Part shown: positions 56,088-64,000 of the stretch, piece by piece
How positions within the stretch are numbered: position 1 is the stretch's first letter
How the letters are laid out: each line of letters starts with the position of its first letter
Source: an uncultured bacterium
GTDB lineage: Bacteria; Chloroflexota; Dehalococcoidia; Lucifugimonadales; Lucifugimonadaceae
Assembly (NCBI GenBank): GCA_963932695.1
Contig: CAWVRY010000004.1
Location: forward strand, 10,954-74,953
DNA: 64,000 nt
Reading direction: 5' to 3'
The notes under the pieces: model-generated
The model's input: the letters and a program-made list of their open reading frames with translations, nothing else
Databases searched by the model: none
What the model was told of the DNA's origin: nothing
Program-made: the position numbers and the translations under genes

Positions 56088-57053
56088 CTAGAATCCTGCC
56101 GTCTTGTTGCAGATATTCTCAAGCTCTTCGCCCGCAGCAAACCGGCGCAGGTTGGACTTGAACGTCTGTCGTCGCATTTCATATAACTCAGGCGTCAGAG
56201 CCGACGAGTGCGGGGTCAAAATTACGTTTGGCAGGGTCCACAATCGTGAGTCCTCAGCCAACGGCTCAACGGCAGTCGCATCAAGCGCTGCGCCTGCCAA
56301 ATGTCCCGATTCGAGAGCGTCACACATTGCATCTTCATCAACAATCTCACCACGTGATATCACGATAATGTAGCTGCCTTTGGGCATCATTGCGATTCGG
56401 CGAGCGTCGATGGAATTGCGGGTGGTGTCGAGCACTGGAGCTGCGATAACAAGGAAATCAGACACTTTCGCCAGATCATCCAGACGATCCAAATCCCAGC
56501 ACTCTTTAATGGTTCCCGGAACGTTCGATGGTGCCGGGTCGATTGCGTATGTCGTTGCACCGAAAGCTGATACCCGTTCAGCAACCGCCGTACCTATCGC
56601 ACCTAGTCCGAAAATACCCACGGTTGTGCCGGTAATTTCAGTAATGCGTGAAGCGTACTTCTCGGTATCCCACGTCTTATTCTGGCGATCTTCAAAAGCT
56701 TCCTGAAAGCGGTGAGTCAGACCCACCATAGCGCCGATAACGTGGTCGCCCATCGAGGTCACGTGCGTGCCGGGGGCGTTGGTGATCGGTACATCGGAAT
56801 CGACGATGTTCTGGTAAGCGACGATCTTGTCGATTCCCATGCCGGGGCAAGCGATCCATTTCAGCTGATCCGCTGCGGAGAACGCCTTATCATTTGGCCA
56901 GCCAAAAAAGGCATCGGCACCTTTGACTGCTTCGATATGACCAGCAGGGTCGTAGGCAACGACGAAATCGATATCAGGGAAGGAATCGATCAGTTCGTCG
57001 GCGTAGTGAGTGCCCACGTGGTCGGTCCCGATTACAACTTTTAGGTTCGTCAT
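56088..57053 (-). CDS. D-isomer-specific 2-hydroxyacid dehydrogenase family protein
   Basis: 321 aa. NAD motif GIFGLGAIGTAVA, RGEIVDE and LDATAVEP...TPH catalytic region. Confidence 0.88.
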   Translation of the reverse strand: MTNLKVVIGTDHVGTHYADELIDSFPDIDFVVAYDPAGHIEAVKGADAFFGWPNDKAFSAADQLKWIACPGMGIDKIVAYQNIVDSDVPITNAPGTHVTSMGDHVIGAMVGLTHRFQEAFEDRQNKTWDTEKYASRITEITGTTVGIFGLGAIGTAVAERVSAFGATTYAIDPAPSNVPGTIKECWDLDRLDDLAKVSDFLVIAAPVLDTTRNSIDARRIAMMPKGSYIIVISRGEIVDEDAMCDALESGHLAGAALDATAVEPLAEDSRLWTLPNVILTPHSSALTPELYEMRRQTFKSNLRRFAAGEELENICNKTAGF

Positions 57054-57157
57054 CTATAAACTCCGCTCAGTAATTTGCAGATGAGCATGTTGTCACAACA
57101 GGCATCATGCGCCAATGGTCTCCCTGATAGCGCAAAGATAGATATATTCAAGTACTC

Positions 57158-57808
57158 ATGATTCCTCCGACCCGATTCGAAACTGGAGATCACATTGTGG
57201 TTCGCAATGTGTTCAGAGGTCGCGTGCAGACCGTTTTCCCATCGATCACCGTGGTCGATTCTCCAGAACTGGTGGTCACATGGTTGCCGCTCGAAACGCC
57301 GGTACTTAACGGAGTGACCGACCCGTCCGCCGAACACGACGGTGGAAAGGGGCATCTGAGCGCCGAAACCATGGCCGCCAAAGAATGGACCATGGCAGAA
57401 CGAAATTGGCACACTTCAGGAACGCTCCGCATAAAGAATCCAAGATTGATGTGGTCGCTATGGGTGTTCTGGGAACCTGAGATGACCGAAGTACGAAGCT
57501 GGTACATCAATATCGATGCCCCCTATAAGCGAACGAGCATCGGATTCGACACGTGGGATATGTTCCTCGACGTCGTAGTCCAGCCCGATCGAAAGACGTG
57601 GCGATACAAAGATGAAAATGAATTCGCTGAGGCGATCAAAGCGGGATTTTTCACAGCGTTCGAGGCCCAGGAAGTCCGCGACACCGCCGCTCGTGCCCTG
57701 CAAACGATCGCGGAAAACCGCAAGCCGTTCAACAACATTTGGGGCGATTGGCGGCCCGACATTCTCTGGGAGATCCCACAGATCCCAGAGAACTGGGATG
57801 AGATTTAA
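57158..57808 (+). CDS. DUF402-domain protein (FomD/Ntdp-like nucleoside di/triphosphatase family)
   Basis: 216 aa. WYINI..P......F...DM.LDVVV.PD......KDE.EF pattern. Confidence 0.78.
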   Translation: MIPPTRFETGDHIVVRNVFRGRVQTVFPSITVVDSPELVVTWLPLETPVLNGVTDPSAEHDGGKGHLSAETMAAKEWTMAERNWHTSGTLRIKNPRLMWSLWVFWEPEMTEVRSWYINIDAPYKRTSIGFDTWDMFLDVVVQPDRKTWRYKDENEFAEAIKAGFFTAFEAQEVRDTAARALQTIAENRKPFNNIWGDWRPDILWEIPQIPENWDEI

Positions 57809-57900
57809 TCTCGTTCAACCCTGAGACTCCGCTGACCAATGGCACGCAGCGAATGACATTCACGATTCAACCTCGACAGTTCACGAGGTAGAATTCGGGA

Positions 57901-59991
57901 ATGCCTAACCCGAAAATCGAAGGCCGATTCGAGATCGAAGCCGACTTCCAGCCAACTGGCGATCAACCGACGGCGATTCGCGATCTAACAGCCGGTCTAA
58001 ACAACGATCTGAAACACCAGACCCTGCTCGGCGTTACTGGCTCCGGCAAGACCTTCACGATGGCAAAGATTGTCGAAGAAGTTCAGCGCCCTACCCTCGT
58101 TATTGCGCACAACAAAACGCTTGCCGCTCAACTATCGTCCGAGTTCCAAGATTTCTTCCCGAACAACTCGGTTCAGTACTTCGTCAGCTACTACGACTAC
58201 TACCAGCCCGAGGCGTATATTCCGCAGTCAGATACCTACATCGAAAAGGAATCCGATGTTAACGAAGAGATCGACCGCCTGAGGCACGCAGCAACAAGAG
58301 CGTTGCTCACTCGACGCGACACGCTCATCGTCGCCAGTGTTTCGTGCATATACGGTCTCGGATCTCCTGAGGAGTATCGTTCTGTCGTACTAAGCCTGCG
58401 GAAAGGCGAAGAGCCCGGACTTCGCAAAGTCGTACGCAAGCTCATCGACATGTACTACGAACGAAACGACATGGAAATGGTGCGAGGTCGCTTCCGTCTT
58501 AGAGGCGACACGCTCGAAATCATGCCGGCTTACGAAGAGCTAGCAATTCGGGTTCAGTTCTTCGGCGATGAGATCGAACGCATCATCGAGCTCGACCCGC
58601 TCACTGGCGAAATTCTTGCTGAACTCGATCACATCGATATCTTCCCCGGCAAACACTTCGTAACTCCTGAAGACGAGCTAAAAGAAGCTTTAAAGGACAT
58701 CGAAAACGAGCTTGGTGGGCGACTTGACGCACTGCGCTCGAACGGGAAACTCGTCGAAGCACAGCGTCTCGAACAGCGCACTAACTTCGACCTAGAAATG
58801 CTCAAGGAAACCGGTTCCTGCCCCGGAATCGAGAACTACTCACGTCCTCTTGGTCGACGTTCCCCAGGTTCGGCGCCGTGGACGTTGTTGGACTACTTCC
58901 CTGACGATTTCCTGATATTTATCGACGAATCTCATATCACGCTCCCGCAGATCAACGGCATGTACAAGGGAGACTTCGCCCGCAAGACGAGTCTTGTCGA
59001 ATACGGATTCCGATTACCTTCTGCGATGGATAATCGCCCACTGGCCTTCGAGGAATTTGAAGATCGAGTGAAGCAGATCGTTTATGTTTCAGCCACGCCG
59101 GGACCTTACGAAGCGGCACATGAAGAACGTCGTGTAGAACAGGTGATTCGTCCGACTGGATTGATCGATCCAGAGATCGTCTTGGAGCCGACCGAAGGCC
59201 AGATCGACAATCTCCTCGAACGAATTCAAGCCACAACGGCCAAGCACGAACGAGTACTTGTAACAACGCTTACAAAACGCATGGCGGAAGAGCTTACCGA
59301 CTATCTGCGCGAACTTGGAGTTCGGGTGCAGTATCTACATTCTGATATTCAGACTATGGAACGCACGGAGATTCTTCGAGACTTGCGGTTGGGCGTTTAC
59401 GACGTGGTAGTCGGAATCAACCTGCTTCGTGAGGGTCTCGACCTGCCAGAGGTATCGTTGGTAGCAATTCTAGATGCCGATAAAGAGGGCTACCTACGCT
59501 CAAGCACTTCGTTGGTTCAGACCATCGGTCGAGCAGCACGCCACGTCGAAGGCAAGGTCGTGATGTACGCCGACAAAATCACGAAGTCGATGAAGTTCGC
59601 TATGGACGAGACTGATCGACGTCGCGCTATTCAGCGGGCGCACAACGATGCCAACTCGATCACCCCTACTTCTATTGTTAAGGCAGTCAAAGACATTACG
59701 ACCTCGGTCAGACAGGTCGCCGAGACCAAGACTCCGTATGTCACGCCATCTGCACTGCCGAAGAACGATCTGCTCAGGCTCTTGAAAGATCTTGAAAAGC
59801 AGATGAAAAAAGCAGCCAGGGATCTCGAGTTCGAGAAGGCTGCATTACTTCGTGATCAGGTAGTCGACATACGCAAAGTGCTCGTCGATCTAGGCGACTC
59901 TAAATCGGTCGACCCCGAGCCAGAGAAAACCGTAGAACTAGCCCCCACAACAGCAGACGGCATCCCCGAAGAACTAGTCGGAGCCGACTAG
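57901..59991 (+). CDS. uvrB: Excinuclease ABC subunit B
   Basis: 696 aa. [27 protein letters not shown], a C-terminal helicase domain and the UVR motif ([13 protein letters not shown]). Confidence 0.96.
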   Translation: MPNPKIEGRFEIEADFQPTGDQPTAIRDLTAGLNNDLKHQTLLGVTGSGKTFTMAKIVEEVQRPTLVIAHNKTLAAQLSSEFQDFFPNNSVQYFVSYYDYYQPEAYIPQSDTYIEKESDVNEEIDRLRHAATRALLTRRDTLIVASVSCIYGLGSPEEYRSVVLSLRKGEEPGLRKVVRKLIDMYYERNDMEMVRGRFRLRGDTLEIMPAYEELAIRVQFFGDEIERIIELDPLTGEILAELDHIDIFPGKHFVTPEDELKEALKDIENELGGRLDALRSNGKLVEAQRLEQRTNFDLEMLKETGSCPGIENYSRPLGRRSPGSAPWTLLDYFPDDFLIFIDESHITLPQINGMYKGDFARKTSLVEYGFRLPSAMDNRPLAFEEFEDRVKQIVYVSATPGPYEAAHEERRVEQVIRPTGLIDPEIVLEPTEGQIDNLLERIQATTAKHERVLVTTLTKRMAEELTDYLRELGVRVQYLHSDIQTMERTEILRDLRLGVYDVVVGINLLREGLDLPEVSLVAILDADKEGYLRSSTSLVQTIGRAARHVEGKVVMYADKITKSMKFAMDETDRRRAIQRAHNDANSITPTSIVKAVKDITTSVRQVAETKTPYVTPSALPKNDLLRLLKDLEKQMKKAARDLEFEKAALLRDQVVDIRKVLVDLGDSKSVDPEPEKTVELAPTTADGIPEELVGAD

Positions 59992-59997
59992 CGTTTG

Positions 59998-60036
59998 CCG
60001 CTATCGCTGCCCTCGTCCCTACCGTAGCGATAGCGG
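59998..60036. repeat. Long hairpin immediately after uvrB, containing a CCGTAG...GGACGGATCT repeat unit
   Basis: 11-bp arms CCGCTATCGCT / AGCGATAGCGG around a 17-nt loop. The adjoining tccctaccgtag..ggacggatctcgg unit recurs at 60132-60163. Confidence 0.55.
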
Positions 60037-60131
60037 AGTGGACGGATCTCGGACAACCTCGTACCAACCCTAGAAGACGTCATCACCGAAATGCTGATCG
60101 GCACCAACCAACGTGTAGTGCACACCTCACC

Positions 60132-60163
60132 GTCATCCCGACCGTAGGGACGGATCTTCGGTC
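60132..60163. repeat. Intergenic repeat module (GTCATCCCGACCGTAGGGACGGATCT type)
   Basis: gtcatcccgaccgtagggacggatcttcggtc. It shares the GTCATCC head with 34946 and the CCGTAG..GGACGGATCT..CGG core with 60017-60053. Confidence 0.55.
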
Positions 60164-60426
60164 GTGGAAGGGTATCGGGCACACGCTACGAACCTACCAC
60201 ATCCCTCAACAGGCTCCATCAGTATTCTCGACAGCGATGTGACATCCGCCTAGGGAAGCGTTCAAGTCGGTCGAGAAGGTTCGCAACGAATGTCCAGTAT
60301 ATAAAATATCCTAATTTCCTCACACCAACAATTCCTTACCTCTCTGGTACACTAATGACTGTTCGATTTTGATCTTAATTTGGCTGCCGTGGCGAACTTG
60401 ATTTCGCATGGCTCACGGAGAGACTA

Positions 60427-60741
60427 ATGGCCGAAGTTGTAGCTCTACAGCAAGACACCGTTCTCGAGGCACTGCGCGACGTTTACGACCCGGAAATCCC
60501 GGTCAACGTCGTCGATCTCGGGCTTATCTACACAGTTGAAGTCGCTGATGGCGATGTTCACGTCGAGATGACGCTGACAGCCCCGGGTTGTGGCATGGGT
60601 CCTTACATCGCTCAGCAGGCCGAATGGCGAATTGCTGAGATCGACGATGTCGAGGATGTGCAGGTCGACGTTGTGTTCGACCCGCCTTGGACTCCCGACA
60701 TGATTACCGAAGACGGCAAGCGTCTTCTGGGCATCGACTAA
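60427..60741 (+). CDS. DUF59-domain Fe-S cluster assembly factor (SufT/PaaD-like)
   Basis: 104 aa. L..V.DPE.P.N.VDLGL.Y......V.V.MTLT.PGCPM-like pattern (here TAPGCGMG). Confidence 0.85.
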   Translation: MAEVVALQQDTVLEALRDVYDPEIPVNVVDLGLIYTVEVADGDVHVEMTLTAPGCGMGPYIAQQAEWRIAEIDDVEDVQVDVVFDPPWTPDMITEDGKRLLGID

Positions 60742-60810
60742 ACCAGCTCTCTCAATACGTATCTACTAATCTGCGGTTCGCCGCGACCAAAAGTTTCCCG
60801 ACCCTACAAT

Positions 60811-61626
60811 ATGTCGTCACCTCGAAAACTTACCCCACAAGAAGAAGCTCGTCTTGCACAGGTGCGTGCAAATTTTCAGGAGCGACGAAAAGTATCTGAA
60901 TCGCTCGAAGGAATCGGCGTTCGAGTTGGGGTCTACTCAGGCAAAGGTGGAGTCGGCAAAACGACCGTTGCCACCAACCTCGCGGTGACACTTGCTGCAC
61001 AAGATAACGACGTTGCGCTGTTTGACACCGATATCGATTGCCCGAACGTGACTCGTGTCCTACGGATTTCCGAAGGTCCGGTTCAGAACGGTGAAAAGCT
61101 CGTTCCGCCTTCTCGCTTTGGTGTGAAAGTCATGTCGATGGCGTTCTTCCAGGACAACGAAGACGAAGCAATCGTCTGGCGGGGTCCGATGATTCACAAC
61201 GCCATTAACCAGTTCCTTCACTCGACCGAGTGGGGTGATCCTGACTATATGGTCGTTGATCTTCCCCCCGGAACGTCTGACGCTCCGCTCACGGTCATGC
61301 AGACTCTAAACCTCGACGGATTTGTGATCGTCACTACTCCACACGAGCTTGCCGTTCTCGATGCTAAACGCTCTATCAATATGATCAAGAAGATGAATCT
61401 GAAGGTCTTCGGAGTGGTCGAAAATCTCTCAGGCGGTGTGTTCGGAACTGGCGGCGGTCAGGCTCTCGCCGAAGAGATGGAGCTTCCGTTCTTGGGAGCT
61501 CTCACGATGAGTGCCGACTACACGAACTCACAGGGACCAGCTTCACTTGAATCAGACGAAGTCGGTGCAGAGTTCAAAGTGATTACCGACAATCTGAGGG
61601 CTCAGATCGAAGCTAGCAAGAAGTAG
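60811..61626 (+). CDS. Mrp/NBP35-family Fe-S cluster carrier ATPase (ApbC-like)
   Basis: 271 aa. Deviant Walker A SGKGGVGKTT, VVDLPPGT(S)D and WRGPM blocks. Confidence 0.9.
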   Translation: MSSPRKLTPQEEARLAQVRANFQERRKVSESLEGIGVRVGVYSGKGGVGKTTVATNLAVTLAAQDNDVALFDTDIDCPNVTRVLRISEGPVQNGEKLVPPSRFGVKVMSMAFFQDNEDEAIVWRGPMIHNAINQFLHSTEWGDPDYMVVDLPPGTSDAPLTVMQTLNLDGFVIVTTPHELAVLDAKRSINMIKKMNLKVFGVVENLSGGVFGTGGGQALAEEMELPFLGALTMSADYTNSQGPASLESDEVGAEFKVITDNLRAQIEASKK

Positions 61627-61679
61627 TATTTACGTTCGGTTTGGGCATCACTGCTGTTCGCTTTTGCTAGCTAAATAAC

Positions 61680-62294
61680 TTAGATGAAAACTGGCGCACT
61701 TACCCGGGCATTTCGACCTGAAACCGAGCGTCGCACGACTCCCATTCGTAAGTGCCGTTGTCGGCCAGATCGATTCCACCGTCTCCACAGTTCAGGCAAA
61801 TCGAGTACAGAGCGGTTTAGTCTGTGAAGCACCGGTATAGACACAGTTACCGCAGCCAGCAGTATTGAACTAATTTTCATCGGGCGAATCAAAAGCTGTT
61901 GAAGAATAATGCCACCTCTGGGGTTACCCCAAATAGCTACAACGATCAGCACCGAAAGCACCGCTGCCAATATGAAAGCCACGTTGACGTTGTTGCGAAA
62001 TCTTGAGTGAACAACGGCCAATACTATTAGCGATGCATAGCCAGCCGCCACTGCAAACTTAAGCACACTCGCTACAAGTCGCCCAAAGTCGTCTGCGTTG
62101 AAACCAGTCCATGAAAGCACCACGAGCATTCCGAATCCAAGTACGGATAGTGCGATACCAACCGTCGGAACCGGCCCGAGCAACGCTCGTCCCTTTGCGG
62201 GGAACATCACTAGTGACAGCACGTTTGCAGCCGAAACGCTAAGCGATATCATTTGAACTTTGCGTTGGAGATCGCCAAATTCTCCGGCGAACAA
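61680..62294 (-). CDS. Hypothetical polytopic membrane protein (start uncertain)
   Basis: 204 aa from TTG 62294, with about 5 TM segments and no family motif recognised. The frame stays open and hydrophobic (GLFASVVINAALGIFS) up to 62390 without a canonical start. Confidence 0.5.
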   Translation of the reverse strand: MFAGEFGDLQRKVQMISLSVSAANVLSLVMFPAKGRALLGPVPTVGIALSVLGFGMLVVLSWTGFNADDFGRLVASVLKFAVAAGYASLIVLAVVHSRFRNNVNVAFILAAVLSVLIVVAIWGNPRGGIILQQLLIRPMKISSILLAAVTVSIPVLHRLNRSVLDLPELWRRWNRSGRQRHLRMGVVRRSVSGRNARVSAPVFI

Positions 62295-62377
62295 CGAGAA
62301 TATCCCGAGTGCAGCATTGATTACAACCGACGCGAAAAGACCGTGAGGTAAAGTTTTAGGGATGACACATTTTCCAA

Positions 62378-63253
62378 TTAATCGGCCATCTTAAGCATCG
62401 CTGCGATCGAATCTTCTAGCGAACGTGTTTTGTCGACTGAATCGACCCGTTCATGGCCAATCGATGAATCAGCGATTGTCTGGAACGTTTCCGAAGCTCC
62501 CTCGTGGATCTTGGACGTAGTCCCTGCATCTCCAAAAGTCGCAGCTATCTCGTCCATCTCACCGATCCACCTAAAGGCCTTAGTAGAAACCGTCTTCAAG
62601 TTATCCATTCCGGCAAGCGTACCTGGCTGACTATGCTCCAACTCGCTAATCAGATCTTCGTACAGATCAAGCGACTTCGCTGTCATCAGCGTCGATGCGT
62701 AAAGAGCAGCGGTGCCCTTGGTAAGCGCGGCGTAGACCATTTTGAGTGCCGAAGCATTACCGATTGGCCCGCCCATTATTGGCACGGAAATTCCCTTGCC
62801 GTCTAGTTCACCAAGAATCCTAGCGTGCTCACCAGAGGCGTAAAAACGAGGCACTGCTCCGCTACGTGGTGATCCGCCAATAATCCCGGCATCTATAAAT
62901 TTACCGCCGGCAGCAGTTATTACTTTGCCTATATTCATGCCGGTCGCCGGCGAAACAGCGTTGCAGTCGGCAACTGCGACTTTAGCGTCGGTGCGAACAA
63001 TTGCTTCGGAAATATTGTGAGCGAACGACAGCGCTTCAGATGGCACGAGTATCGACAGTACGAGATCGGATTGGATTACCAGTTCATCAAGCGCGCCGAT
63101 ATCCTCGAATCCCTGTTCAGATGCGCGGTGCTTAGAGTCATCACTTCGACCGTTGAGGGCAGTAATAACCCTCAGGCCGTTCTTCTTTAGAACTCCACCT
63201 ACGCCACTCCCCATGTCTCCAGGGCTCATCACTCCAACGGTTTCTACTGCCAC
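62378..63253 (-). CDS. NAD(P)-binding dehydrogenase of the 6-phosphogluconate/3-hydroxyisobutyrate dehydrogenase-like family (DUF1932-type C-terminus)
   Basis: I prefer GTG 63251-63253, which has a GGAGA 7 nt upstream. This gives (M)AVETVGVMSPGDMGSGVG as the Rossmann motif. The track start at 63298 adds 15 residues. Confidence 0.78.
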   Translation of the reverse strand: MAVETVGVMSPGDMGSGVGGVLKKNGLRVITALNGRSDDSKHRASEQGFEDIGALDELVIQSDLVLSILVPSEALSFAHNISEAIVRTDAKVAVADCNAVSPATGMNIGKVITAAGGKFIDAGIIGGSPRSGAVPRFYASGEHARILGELDGKGISVPIMGGPIGNASALKMVYAALTKGTAALYASTLMTAKSLDLYEDLISELEHSQPGTLAGMDNLKTVSTKAFRWIGEMDEIAATFGDAGTTSKIHEGASETFQTIADSSIGHERVDSVDKTRSLEDSIAAMLKMAD

Positions 63254-63385
63254 TGAATAATCTCCTATTACTGCTTGTATACAACGACAGTCTGCCAACT
63301 GGTGTCGTAATTGTCATCCTGATAAACGAAAAAACGCCCAGCCGAACCGACTGAGCGAATTATTCGAAAGTGATCGAAACTATCG

Positions 63386-64000
63386 CTAGCCCTTCACGGC
63401 GCTGGCGATTGCGTTGCCGACCAGTTCAGGCTGACCATCGCTCATGCCAAACACATGAATTTCAATCTGCGGTGCGTCCACCGAAACACGCATCCAGATG
63501 GAAGGATCGCCATTTTGAAGCTTCTCGACTAGGTCGTCATTGGTGAACCCAACAATCGCAGGATCGAGGCTCAGAATCACACCGAATGGTTGGTGCCCCA
63601 TGATGTTGGTGTTGAGCTTTGCACTTACTCCAGGAATACCCTCAAGCGGCTTCAATATTGCTTGAGACTGACTCTCGGCAAATGCCAATCGATCTTCGTG
63701 ATTTATGGTGAGCCAACGATCTACGGCGGCGACGACACCCATGATTTCCTGTCGGTCGATCTTCTGCGGACGACCGATTCCGCGAACTCGTCTGCCTTCG
63801 TAGCCCACGAACGAATGTCGACTAATTGCGTCGATAACTTCCTTGGTACCGAGAGCAAATCCCGTTGAATGCGGTGCGCCCATGTACTTCGCAGCGATGC
63901 ACTGGAAGTCGGCGCCCATCTTCACGTACTTACCAAAATTTTCCAGAGGATAGATTTGGCCTGCCGCATCAACAGAAACAGGCTTGCCCGCCGCGTGCGT
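63386..64000 (-). CDS. Partial CDS (C-terminal part; N-terminus beyond the window end): SelA/DgaE-like (COG1921-type) PLP-dependent enzyme, tentative
   Basis: The frame stays open to the window edge. An A(A)KYMGAPHSTG region resembles the PLP-Lys loop (SGDKLLGGP..G) of SelA-fold enzymes. The C-terminal domain is of similar size. Confidence 0.5.
   Translation of the reverse strand, partial: THAAGKPVSVDAAGQIYPLENFGKYVKMGADFQCIAAKYMGAPHSTGFALGTKEVIDAISRHSFVGYEGRRVRGIGRPQKIDRQEIMGVVAAVDRWLTINHEDRLAFAESQSQAILKPLEGIPGVSAKLNTNIMGHQPFGVILSLDPAIVGFTNDDLVEKLQNGDPSIWMRVSVDAPQIEIHVFGMSDGQPELVGNAIASAVKG

Noticed and set aside
59988-60182. A 64-aa minus-strand ORF after uvrB.
   Set aside because: It is a read-through of the duplicated intergenic repeat units (peptides YGRDDG / YGRDEG mirror the DNA repeat). 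No RBS and no family resemblance.
1-64000. CRISPR arrays, rRNA genes, transposases, and toxin-antitoxin or restriction-modification defence loci.
   Set aside because: I found no regularly spaced direct repeats, no rRNA-like sequence, and no ORF with transposase, integrase, Cas, methyltransferase-endonuclease pair or TA hallmarks. The one SAM methyltransferase (55230-56009) sits among catabolic genes with no nuclease partner.

Overview
This is a dense 64 kb chromosomal segment, mostly housekeeping genes. I support about 57 protein-coding genes on both strands and one tRNA-Ser(GCU). I see no rRNA, CRISPR array, transposase, integrase or phage genes. All functional calls come from reading the supplied translations for family motifs; no database search was possible.

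Recognisable content:
- DNA repair: mutS, uvrB, rarA, and an Smr-domain gene.
- Translation: gltX, rpsU, rpsP-KH-rimM, dtd, rluD, miaB, and a DEAD-box helicase.
- Purine synthesis: purQ and purL.
- NAD synthesis: nadX, nadA, nadC.
- Molybdopterin synthase, encoded as a MoaD-MoaE fusion.
- Fe-S cluster factors: a cysteine desulfurase, a DUF59/SufT-like protein, and an Mrp/NBP35 ATPase.
- Two ABC-2 exporter loci, one of them GldA/F/G-like with a DUF4340 gene.
- Selenocysteine synthase selA.
- A block of small-molecule catabolism genes.

The protein flavour (an LLM flavin oxidoreductase, the gene order) suggests a marine Chloroflexota-like organism, but that is unverified inference.

Things worth a second look:
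1. An NHLRC2-like thioredoxin/NHL-repeat gene is truncated in the ORF track. It reads through an in-frame TGA at the redox motif (C-U-I-N-C), with a SECIS-like hairpin just downstream. This is a probable selenoprotein, and selA lies in the same window.
2. A translationally coupled unit of CbbQ/NorQ-type AAA+ ATPase, CoA-type Nudix hydrolase and a 1158-aa NorD/CbbO-like VWA protein, with coaE next upstream on the same strand. None of the usual client genes are nearby.
3. The DEAD-box helicase's Q-motif region, plus a roughly 300-codon Arg/Asp/Ser-rich upstream frame, contain no ATG, GTG or TTG.
4. An orphan, divergent FtsZ paralog lies outside any division cluster.
5. A Pyridox_ox_2-type gene is interrupted by a single in-frame TAA.
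6. There is a fragmented PD-(D/E)XK nuclease-like remnant.
7. Small palindromic intergenic repeat modules cluster next to the tRNA and recur elsewhere in the window.
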